Shown piece by piece: positions 12,055 through 22,300 of a stretch of 64,000 nt of DNA. The stretch's first letter is position 1; each line of letters opens with the position of its first letter. The translations under genes were made by a program, and so were the position numbers. The stretch spans positions 29,016,001-29,080,000 of the forward strand of contig JAQFVV010000003.1 in assembly GCA_028023455.1 (NCBI GenBank), in the 5' to 3' direction. The notes under the pieces are model-generated. The model was not told where the DNA came from and did not search any database. It saw only the letters and a program-made list of their open reading frames with translations. This DNA is from Epiperipatus broadwayi. Lineage: Eukaryota; Animalia; Onychophora.

Positions 12055-12767
12055 ACAGCTGCTAAGTGCCCTCTAGTGTTACACATCCTGCAAACTTTGT
12101 CTTTATATCTGCAATTATTTTTCAAGTGTCCTATTTTTCCACAGCAATTACATGTTTGTTTCTTACTGTAGCCACTGGAGGTCGCGATATTATTTCTTTC
12201 CCTTTCTATACTGAAGGCTATTCTTTCTGGGATTTTTGCCGTAGTGTACTCTGATGCCATATTTAACATGGCCTCCTGTGCAACGCATTTTTCCATGGCC
12301 GTTTTGTAATTTAAATCGGAATCACTCAAAAGCACTTTCCTAAATTTATCATCTGACATGCCGTATAGGAATTGTTCTAACAGAGAGTCATTTATTTCTT
12401 GTCCGAATTCACAATCCTTCGCTAATTTTCTCAATGCGAGGTCATAATCCACATATTTTTCCTGCGGTAATTGCGTTCTGCTTCTTAATCTCAGACGCGC
12501 TATCCACTTTGATGTCTTCGGTACGAAATATGTATTTAGTCTCTCTATGAACTCCTGGTAAGGTAGGTCTTCCGGACGCTTTGGATCGGTAAGCCTATTT
12601 GCCAATTGGATCATGTCTTGACCCGCGAAATATAAAAGAGTAGCAATTTTATAGCGGTCCTCTTCGATTTTATTTATGAAAAAATAATATTCCACTTGTG
12701 CTATGTAAGTTTTCCAGGAGTCGCTGTTATTTACATCGAACTCACGTATTGCCGTACCTGCCGCCAT
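11928..12767 (-). CDS. gag: Gag (279 aa) with two CX2CX4HX4C zinc knuckles
   Basis: ATG 45 nt after the PBS; knuckles CNCCGKIGHLKNNC and CRMCNTRGHLAAVC. Confidence 0.92.
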   Translation of the reverse strand: MAAGTAIREFDVNNSDSWKTYIAQVEYYFFINKIEEDRYKIATLLYFAGQDMIQLANRLTDPKRPEDLPYQEFIERLNTYFVPKTSKWIARLRLRSRTQLPQEKYVDYDLALRKLAKDCEFGQEINDSLLEQFLYGMSDDKFRKVLLSDSDLNYKTAMEKCVAQEAMLNMASEYTTAKIPERIAFSIERERNNIATSSGYSKKQTCNCCGKIGHLKNNCRYKDKVCRMCNTRGHLAAVCHSRDGEYPRKNQITSPGVRWNVKYLSRPLEMTTPNWITFG

Positions 12768-12812
12768 TTTTTTTTTTTTTTTTTTTTTGTGCGTCGCTTA
12801 ACTTACTGTTCT

Positions 12813-12830
12813 ATCCTGTCGACTGCGCCA
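12813..12830 (-). promoter_or_regulatory. Primer binding site complementary to the tRNA-Ser 3' end
   Basis: Minus strand TGGCGCAGTCGACAGGAT is complementary to ...ATCCTGTCGACTGCG-CCA, which matches from memory the 3' end of metazoan tRNA-Ser. Confidence 0.85.
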
Positions 12831-12833
12831 CTC

Positions 12834-13179
12834 TGCTATGTCTGAGGGTTACTCTATGAGAGAGAACCAGTCAGCAAGCATAAAAATAATCCAGGGTTTT
12901 CACAGATAGCAAATTATCACTATTACCATTCGAGGATGGTTTCTTCTTGGAGACTAGATATCCTTCCAAGGCGTTGACTACTTTAACACACGTGAACCTG
13001 GACATAAGAGAGTGTAGATCGTTCTACCATGCTATTTATATCCATGCTTATCGATCTATCATGTCTGGTCTGGATAAACGATAGCAGCGCTCTCTTTATA
13101 TTTATTTAACAGAGTAATCCATAAGCAGGTATGTAGTTTTTACGTATTTATACTTAAGTCTGTAGGTGGGTATATCGCA
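12834..13179 (-). repeat. 5' LTR of the Gypsy element
   Basis: TGCGATATA...CATAGCA on the minus strand, followed after 3 nt by the PBS; same sequence as 8534-8879. Confidence 0.97.
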
Positions 13180-13459
13180 CATATAATCATAGTTAATTTT
13201 TATGTAACCTTTTATATACTTCCTAATCAGTTATATGTAACCAATTGATGTAAACTTGTGATGTAATCTATGATTTTTGTAAATATATAATTATTTTGAA
13301 ATTCATTAAAGTTTTTTTGAATAATAATTATCATAATCATGTTCATTTCAAGAGCTCCTGATTCAAATTCTAAGAATTTGCATAATAACTGTTTTTTAAA
13401 GATAAATTTCAAATCATCACAGAGGCTGAACTTGATCTAATTAGATAACACTAATTATA

Positions 13460-13820
13460 AAAAAAAATTCCATGTGTGTAATGGATAATTTGCAAGAAAA
13501 ATTATTTTATTAGCAACAGCAAACCTTAGTATTACTAGGTAACAAGGAAAAATTTTCAGATTTAAACATCCAAAAGACCCCTCAAAAATGTGCAATACTT
13601 CAAGTAAGGTTAACAAATATTAAGTGCCACACACCTTTTCAAAAAAAATTCCGTGTGTAATGGATAATTTGCAAGAAAAAATATTTCATTAGCAACAGCA
13701 AACCTTAGTATTACTAGGTGACAAGGAAAAATTTTCAGATTTAAACATCCAAAAGACCCCTCAAAATGTGCAATATTTCAAGTAAAGTTAACAAATGTTA
13801 ACAGTACCACACACCTTTTC
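13460..13820. repeat. Two-copy ~180-bp tandem duplication
   Basis: 'aaaaaattcc(at)gtgtgtaatggataatttgcaag...ccacacaccttttc' occurs twice back to back with a few substitutions. Confidence 0.8.
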
Positions 13821-15254
13821 TATGATAATTTTGAATTTACAAGAGCTTTTCTTTAAAAAATGACATTTTTAAATCGTTAAAGCCAATCAACGTGGCTGCA
13901 CAAGCACATGACCAAGTGGTTGGTGTTAAAACCTATTCTACCATATTGTCAGTTTTATGTTATGAAAAAAATTTTGCCAACATTCTCAAGAATAATTTTC
14001 ATGTCAACAATAGTAAAGATATTTCAAGTCCATTAATGAATGAGCCAATTTGAAGTTTCAGGACAACCAGTGCAAACAACATTTAAAACCTAAACTTAAA
14101 AATACAAGATTGTAACTTCTCCCCCCATGATGTGGATGCTTGATACGCTGAAAACAATTTGCCAAAATTTATTATTATCATGCCACGGGATATTTTGTAT
14201 CATTTAAGACATTTCCCCTTCAAGTCATAATTATATCAGCCACAAATTCTAACTGCTCTCTACTCTTTGGAACCTCGACCAGCTCAAGTGCCTACCACGC
14301 ATCAACCCATAGATCCAACATTACACCAGGGTGAACTCTGGAATAAATACTGCACTACTTGAGAGTAACACAGTACACCCATCTCATCAACCCATTGATC
14401 CAAAGAAGTTTTCAAGATCACTCCACCAACTTACTTCAAATGAAAATTAAGTGCTCATCACATAAACAATAAGACTTAGTCTTGGTATCTATAGTACCCA
14501 CCAACTAATAAGCACAATTTATGTACAGCCATATACCAATGGAATACTAATTCCACTCACCCTCCCCAAATGTATTAACAAATATCACTATATGCTTTCA
14601 TCTATTTATCTCTTAATGCTTTTGTAAAATTTATGTAAACCTATTTTGAAATGTGTATCTTGTTTTGCAATAATTATTATTCTTCCAACTACTGTAAATC
14701 ACTTTTTTTTATCATAAGCAAAATTGTTAACCCTCATTACATATGTAATCTCATGTATCAAATTATATCTAAAAACTCATATTTTTCACATGCAACTTAA
14801 GTAACACATGAATAGTAAGACAGCCATGAAAACTATAATCCTTCCCACCTAGTTGGCCAATTTATATAAAATCATATATTACTCTAACTCTAACACCACA
14901 CCCCATATATGTTTTTCCTCATACTATCATGTTCTTCCATATATTTTTCTCAAGATCCCATTTAAAAATTCTATGTGAACCTAATATGATACATATATCT
15001 TGTTATTTAATGATCATTCTTTCAATTACTGTAAGTCATGTTTTTTCCCTATCATATCCAAGGTTGTAAACCCTTATTACATATGTAATATCATGTATGA
15101 ACTTGTATCTAAGACCTTATGTTTCATGTGGAGCTTATATAATGCTTTTTGAATCTTAGTAAAGTTTACTTTAAAAAAAAATAATAATAATATTATTCTT
15201 GTTCTTCTCCTCTTCCTCAAAAAGGGTTATACGAATCATATATGAAATGTAAGA

Positions 15255-15362
15255 TTTTCCATTTTCCCAAGATGCAATCCATGCTGACTAGTGTTTTCCC
15301 ATTTTCTCCAGATATAATTCAGACTGACTAGTGTTTTTTCATTTTCCCATGATGCAATTTAT
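15255..15362. repeat. Short minisatellite, about 3 x 39 bp
   Basis: Repeats of 'ttttcccattttcccaagatgcaatccatgctgactagtg' with variation. Confidence 0.6.
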
Positions 15363-16379
15363 GCCAATTAATATTAATGAGATGGTATTTTCTGATATCT
15401 CATATATATACATATAAAGTAGTAAAAATGTCAGTAGTTTATAGTAAGAATTTTAAGAATAATATATTATCTTTATTATATCAATTAAAGTTTTTTTTTA
15501 TCTCATGAAGAAATCAGGATAAACTAGTATCTTGAGATATAAATTTTTTTTAAAAGCTTTTTTTGTGTTTTTTGGAAAAGTGTGGGTTGGGTGGGGTGGG
15601 GATGGGGAATTAGAGAGATTCACAATTAACACTATTTATTGTTGAAGTTTAAGCTACAAAACATATTTGTAATTTAAAATATTGTTAGAGTCTAGCAGTT
15701 GTATATTGCACTGATTAATCAAGAACTTTTTCTTTAATTAAAAATTCCTCAGGAATAAAATGATGGAAATTGTAAGTGACAAAATTTGGCTAAAAATAAA
15801 CCCAAAAAGGTGTGAATCCTTGTCACAAAAAAACATTGCAGAGGTTTTTTTGTTTGGATTTTCATTAAAAGTGTTAATATACATCCCTATGAAAATGTTC
15901 TCTGTCTAGATAGCATCAAGGACTTGCAGGGAAAACTATCTCCCTGCTGCTTATGGAGCTGCCTGAGTGATTTCCAGCATGGAAATTATGAAGCCAGCCA
16001 GCTAGCCGGGGACATGTTCATGACCAGAGGACTAAAAAGGATTCACACCAGAACCTATGAACTCATGTCACATATGGATTGTATCCTAAATAGTGAAAAA
16101 ATAACAGCTGATCAACCAGGGTAACTATAAACCTGTTGCTTAAGTGAATTTTTATTCTATAATTAGCGTAATATCAACCTAGACCCAATCAGCTATGTCT
16201 GATGTGCATTAAAAGTTTCATCAATAAAATATGGTATTTTAAAAAGGGGATTTATCATGTTGTTTTGACTGAACTAAAGTGGGGGGGGGGATATATTGCT
16301 ATATTATTTTCTTTTATTTATTTTATATCATACCATTTACACCCTTCTTAAACACTTTATCAATACTTTCATTTATATC

Positions 16380-16421
16380 AAACTAACAGTTTCGACTGTT
16401 CTGCAATCATCATCAGAGCTC
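16380..16421 (-). ncRNA. Minimal type I hammerhead ribozyme motif (array copy 1)
   Basis: GAGCU-CUGAUGA-U-GAUUG(CAGAA)CAGUC-GAAA-C-U-GUU^AGUUU. Core intact, 5-bp stem II, stem I GAGCU/AGUUU. Stem III (ACUGU) is feasible only between two copies. Confidence 0.75.
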
Positions 16422-16743
16422 TTGATCTTTATAATATTTATCTTCAGTGTTTTCACTTCTTATGGAAGTAATATCTACTTCATTCTTTTTCTATGTATTG
16501 ATTTCTACTTTAACATATACCATTTACACCTTTCTTAAACACTTTATCAATACTTTTATTTATATCAAACTAACAGTTTCGAATCGGACCTCTTGATTTT
16601 TATAATCTTTATCTTCAGTGTTTTCACTTCTTATGGAAGTAATATCTACTTCTTTTTCATTTTCCTTTGTATTGATTTCTACTTTAACATATCATACCCT
16701 TTACACTTTTCTTAAACACTTTATCAATACTTTTATTTATATC

Positions 16744-16785
16744 AGACTAACAGTTTCGATTGTCCTGCAGTCATCATCAGAGCTC
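16744..16785 (-). ncRNA. Minimal type I hammerhead motif (array copy 3)
   Basis: Intact CUGAUGA/GAAA/GUU core; stem II GACUG/CAAUC has one mismatch; stem I is weakened. Confidence 0.65.
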
Positions 16786-16933
16786 TTGATCTTTATAATT
16801 TTTATCTTCAGTGTTTTCACTTCTTATGGAAGTAATATCTACTTCTTCTTCCTTTTCCTTTGTATTGATTTCTACTTTAACATATACCATTTACACCTTT
16901 CTTAAACACTTTATCAATACTTTTATTTATATC

Positions 16934-16975
16934 AAACTAACAGTTTCGATTGTCCTGCAGTCATCATCAGAGCTC
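16934..16975 (-). ncRNA. Minimal type I hammerhead motif (array copy 4)
   Basis: Intact core, stem I GAGCU/AGUUU, one mismatch in stem II. Confidence 0.7.
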
Positions 16976-17121
16976 TTGACCTTTATAATCTTTATCTTCA
17001 GTGTTTTCACTTCTTATGGAAGTAATATCTATTTCTTCCTTTTTCTATGTATTGATTTTTACTTTAACATATCATACCCTTTACACTTTTCTTAAACACT
17101 ATCAATACTTTTATTTATATC

Positions 17122-17163
17122 AGACTAACAGTTTCGATTGTCCTGCAGTCATCATCAGAGCTC
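17122..17163 (-). ncRNA. Minimal type I hammerhead motif (array copy 5)
   Basis: Same sequence as copy 3. Confidence 0.65.
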
Positions 17164-17311
17164 TTGATCTTTATAATTTTTATCTTCAATGTTTTCACTT
17201 CTTATGGAAGTAATATCTACTTCTTCCTTTTCCTATGTATTGATTTCTACTTTAACATATCTTACTATTTACACCTTTTTTAAACACTTTATCAATACTT
17301 TTATTTATATC

Positions 17312-17353
17312 AAACTAACAGTTTTGACTGCCCTTTAGTCATCATCAGAGCTC
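17312..17353 (-). ncRNA. Probably inactive hammerhead motif (array copy 6, G12 to A)
   Basis: GAAA is AAAA here. Copy 2 (16567-16595) has lost the CUGAUGA core and stem II altogether. Confidence 0.55.
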
Positions 17354-18795
17354 TTGACCTTCATAATTTTTATCTTCAGTGTTTTCATTTTTTATGGAAG
17401 TAATATCTACTTCTTCCTTTTCCTATATATTGATTTCTACTTTAACATATATGTTAGTTTGATATAAATAAAAGTATTGATAAAGTGTTTGAGAAAGGTG
17501 TAAATGATATATATGTTAAAATAGAAATCAATACATAGGAAAAGAAAGAAGTAGATTTTTTATTATTATTATTTATTTTTGTTATACTCATATGTTTGTA
17601 GAGTTTAGTTTCCCAAATGTTGACTGCTTGATCTTGAAAAGCAAAAAGATGGGGGTGGGGGTAAAGTCAGTTAAAATGTCAATCATAAGCAAGCATCTGG
17701 AAACTTATGTCGGAAAAAGGAGTATCAAAGTAAAATCTACGATCATAAGCAAACACCTGGAAACTTAGGCTGTCATTTAATGACATGTATAGAATTATTT
17801 AACATGAATGAAAGTAGAGAGTCGGAGTAAGCACAATACAGCTCACTCTAGTATTAAATCACCTTAATGGCACCTCTATTTGGACAGGTCTCCATAATAA
17901 ATTTGGGCCATTGTCGGTTATAGGGTTACAATGGTGCATTTCCTAAAAATATCATCTCGCAGGATAAAATGTTTGCTCATTAAAGACTACATCTAATTAA
18001 AAAAAAGATTGTTGCCTTATAATTAGATGTTATTTAATAGTAATAATAATAAAATCAAATGTTTTATTGCTCAGAGGTTTATAAAAAGTTTGAGCACCAG
18101 AAGTAAGAAAATTGGGAACATATTCTATGAACTTTGGGCTCCAGAATTTATTAATATACCACTGCAATAAACTGTGCAAAGCTTGTTGTTTAATCCTGAT
18201 TTAATATTATTCCTGATACAATCTGTTTTCTCCATATGACTTCTCTCTCTTTTTTTTAATATAACTGTCTTTACTCATTTTGGTTAGCACAATACCCAAT
18301 TATTATGAACTTATACTATTGGCCATCTCTGTGCACCAGATGTGATAATATAATAAGGGAATTGTGTTCATGCAACCTCAGTTTGTTTTTAATTACTACA
18401 ATCTTTTTTTTAATTACTACTATCTTTTAATTGCAAGTTTGTCATATATAAAGTACACTGAGCCCTCTGCATTGCAAAAACAGTTATAGAAATTTTTTTA
18501 GCAGACTTGGGAAATTCTTAGCTGTGATATTGTATGAAGTTATAAATCAATAATGTGTTATTTGGATATAGGTTTTAATATAAGAATTTTATTTAAATAA
18601 AGAAAAAAATATATCTGATTGATCATTTGAATGGAACTATTACTTTTGATTTGCCACTTTGGTGCTGGAATATTTTGTAATCTTTTGACAATTGCTGATG
18701 CAGTTATTATTATCTAGATATTGAAAATTATCCAGAGAAGCCAAATAAGCAGTAGCAGATTGAAACAGTGATGATCAAGTGATAGATATATCAAA

Positions 18796-18917
18796 GTATC
18801 TGTTGCTAAAGAGATTGAATCACAAAACCTGTGTTAAGCTAACAATATATGTATTTGTATCTGTTGCTAAAGAGATTGAGTCACAAAACCTGTTTTAAAT
18901 TAACAATATATGTATTT
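18796..18917. repeat. Two-copy 61-bp tandem duplication
   Basis: 'gtatctgttgctaaagagattgartcacaaaacctg...aacaatatatgtattt' occurs twice. Confidence 0.85.
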
Positions 18918-18958
18918 AGTTTTTGCATTTATCATATCATATTTAATATTTGATATAT

Positions 18959-19156
18959 AAATTCAAATATCAGCCTTTCAAGCCAATTGTGCAAACGCTT
19001 TGCGAGTGTTAATAATAAATGCTTTCTAACCAATACAAGATATAGCCTTTATGCAGGAATAAAGGCTATATCTTGTATTGGTTAGAAAGTATTCATTTAT
19101 TATTAACACTCGCAAAGCGTTTGCACAATTGGCTTGAAAGGCTGATATTTGAATTT
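18959..19156. repeat. Fold-back palindrome, ~95-bp near-perfect arms and 6-nt loop
   Basis: aaattcaaatatcagcc...gcctttat GCAGGA ataaaggc...ggctgatatttgaattt. Confidence 0.9.
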
Positions 19157-19225
19157 AATATTTGATATAGTAAACTTAATATTAACTTAGACTGTTTATA
19201 ATTTCTAATGCCTTTTTTTTTTAAG

Positions 19226-19303
19226 CCAATGAAGATTTAAGGTTGTTTTTAGCACAGTGTCGAGATGGTGAATTTAGGCTAATCAAAGTGGGTATTGAAG
19301 ATG
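19226..19303 (+). CDS. twf: Twinfilin coding exon 2 (78 nt)
   Basis: ttaag|CC AAT GAA GAT...GAA GAT G|gttagt. Confidence 0.93.
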
Positions 19304-22300
19304 GTTAGTATAAATATTGTATGTATGCAATTTCAGTGATTTTAAATATTTTTAATTATGTATTGAAATTTTTTTTATTATTCCAGAACAACTTATTTTA
19401 GAGAAGTCAATCAAAACTAAAGATTCATGGGAAAAAGATATCCTTTCTAAAAATAATTTAAAATGAATGTTGTTATATTGTTATTAAATATATATCTTTA
19501 AAATAAAACTTTCTAATGATTAAAATGCTATTCCAGAGTCATTTATTGTAAGTGTGAATAATTGATGGTATTTAGATAGTGTTACTATATACATATTCTT
19601 GAATGATTATACAATCTTACAATAAATGGCTTTAGTGTAGCATTAACTAACTATTAATGCCTAGATTATCTGAAGTAACTATTTAGGTGAAATACATTGT
19701 AAAGGCAAATTTACATTTTCTATTGTCTTTAGAAAGATTACTCTTAGGTAAATAAAAAAAAGTAGTCATAGATTGAAATTAATGCTAAAAGTTTGCTAAA
19801 TGTTGTTTTCTACTTGTAAATTTGAATTAAAATTAAACTTCTAAAAGCTTAAAAAACTTTGCATTAACATTATCACTTGCCATTTGCTTTTTGTAAATCC
19901 ACAATGTAAACTGCTAAATCTGAAAATTTTTTTTATGACCTGTGCATTTTTTTAATTATATTCTTATTTTTTAAAAAGGCATTCCGTATTCAAGCATTTA
20001 GATCTCTGATAGTTTTATTCTTTAGCTTGGAAATCATTTCTTTTCTGATATTTACATTAGTTTTCTAATTCCATTTTTGTGGCTCATTGATTAAAATTTT
20101 TATGCAATAGGTATATAATAATAATTATAAATGAAAATAGAATTTTTACTGCTAAAAATATCTATAAATTGGTAATAAAACTTATACAAAATATGAGAAA
20201 AATATATATATATTGTTAATTATTACTATATAATTATTAACTCTAAATGCCTTTTCAATACCGAATGTCCTTTTCAAATGGTAAACATATTATTAAAATA
20301 TTTCTCACTTGAAAAGGATAATCTACAAAAAATGTAATTAAAACTTTAAATAATCAAAATTAGTATAGTTTATTTAAGAACCATTTATATTTATGCAAAA
20401 AATTATTACAATTATAGAATTTAATTTGCATATTTTAATTTTTTTATAGATTTTTTTTTTTGTTGAAATAATTTTATTTCAATATGAAGATGATAATTTA
20501 TATATACATTTTCTATAGATTTCCTAGCAATTTCACACTTTTTTTTCTTTATGTCATCATTAATTTTTTTAAACACCATTTCGTAGAATTTCAGATATTT
20601 AATTATTCTAACTAGATCATTTGAAAATTAACTGGCAAATTATATATGTATTTTAAAGTATTTGTTTATTGATGCTATGTATTTTAATTCTTGTTTTAAT
20701 GTGTAATTTCCAAAAATTTTAATGCACATGTAATATTTAAGTACTGTTAATCATAGTCTTTTATATCCAAAATTTAGCATAAAAATACCTTTTGTATACA
20801 AAACCTTAATGATATGATACCAATTGGTTAGAATGAGAATGCAACCACATTCATTGTATTAATACAAATTTATTTTAAGCATTTTGAATTTATTGTGTTT
20901 GAAAACCAATCAGCTGTTGCTATTCTATAAAGGAAAAAATATGTTTAGTCTGTCTCAATTGTCACAAAAGCCCAATAATAACTCACATACTAAAATCAAC
21001 CGAGGAAATAGTTAGTAATCCAGCAACCTATACATTAAGGGCTCATAGGAGGAAGCAATAGGTGAAATGCCTAATAAAGATAAGAGAAACTCAATATTGA
21101 AAATAATATTGAAAGTAAAGACATTAAAAGAACAACCATTCTTAAGACCACATAAAATATTTAAATATTATCAATACTAATTCATCACTATAGCCATACT
21201 TATTAATATATAATGACATCACCCATGCTTTCATAAAAAATGTCAAAAATTAAATCATGTATAGAACAAATGATTATTAATAATTTAAAGTGTATGCATA
21301 TCATGGTAAAACCAAATGATAAACAGTCTTTAAATAGCTCACTATAAAGCAAATATCTCCAACTTCTTATAGAGGGACAATGAAGAAGACATTTTTTGTT
21401 ATATTTGCCATTTTCCAATTGATGAATATTTGAACGATTTTCTATCTTTGCTTTATTCTCTAGAAACCATCTGTTTACTAACCAATATATGAATGTTAAC
21501 TAGATTGGCTATAAGCCAGCTACTTGAAAGAAAAATTTCAAGTTTATCAAAAAAAAAAAAGTCATGTTTACTTATTCTGGATTCAAAACCAGTTGTAAGC
21601 ATGGGTGATGAATACAATTTCCAGTGCATCATGAGACATTACTATATCATGGTTGCAGTTGAGGTGAATATTTTAAAAAAGCAGATGATTGTAGTCATTG
21701 ACTGCATTCTGTAATTTGTTTTATCCAGGATACATATATCTACACATATAGTAATGGATAAAGTAATTCTACATGTAACTTCACCAGAAGGCACCATTAG
21801 ATAATAAATCTAGTTCACTTTCTTTTATCAAATTATTATCTAATATTCTTAATTAAAGCAAATGCTAAAGAAAGAAGTTAAGTTTAGTAGCAAAGTCATA
21901 CCTACACACAAACCTACTAATCATAGAAAGTCTTTTTTTTTCTTAAATAGTCCAATGGTCACAAAGATCAGAAACCCTTTCATAATATTATAGATAACAT
22001 ACATTAAATTGAGCATATAAATATTTTACAATTTTATTCAAATTATTAATCAAGTAATGATTAGTAATAAAATAAACAAAATCTATATTTAACTAACAAA
22101 TAATGTTGTTGCAACAGCCATTAATATTTAAATTCACATACTAAAATCAACCAATGCCTACATGATTGACAAGTTACCATATTGTCAAACTAAGCCTAGC
22201 CAGAATTGATATAAATAGTAACAACCTATATACTAAGGATTCATAAGAGAAAGCAATAGGTGAAAACTCAATACTGAAAATAATATTTAAAGTAACGACA

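Larger units (their letters stand above)
8534..13179 (-). mobile_element. Structurally complete Ty3/Gypsy (Mag-like) LTR retrotransposon, 4646 bp
   Basis: Two 346-bp TG...CA LTRs, identical by eye. 5-bp TSD CATAT (8529-8533, 13180-13184). tRNA-Ser PBS and a PPT. gag has two CCHC knuckles; pol order is PR-RT-RH-IN. Confidence 0.97.
16325..17556 (-). repeat. Six ~187-bp tandem units, each with a minimal hammerhead position, plus a ~105-bp inverted partial unit (retrozyme / Penelope pLTR-like)
   Basis: Units run 16325-17450, with hammerhead positions starting at 16380, 16567, 16744, 16934, 17122 and 17312. 17452-17556 is the reverse complement of part of the unit. Confidence 0.9.

Noticed and set aside
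16296-17213. Hydrophobic repeated ORFs that look like membrane proteins
   Set aside because: These are translations of the T-rich strand of the tandem array; frames are not kept between units.
16325-17450. CRISPR-like array
   Set aside because: Eukaryotic context, whole units are repeated with no unique spacers, and there are no cas genes.
20981-21420. Penelope reverse transcriptase remnant as the autonomous partner of the hammerhead repeats
   Set aside because: The apparent YxDD-like match needs frameshifts, and the translation fits a LINE 3' region equally well; not assignable.
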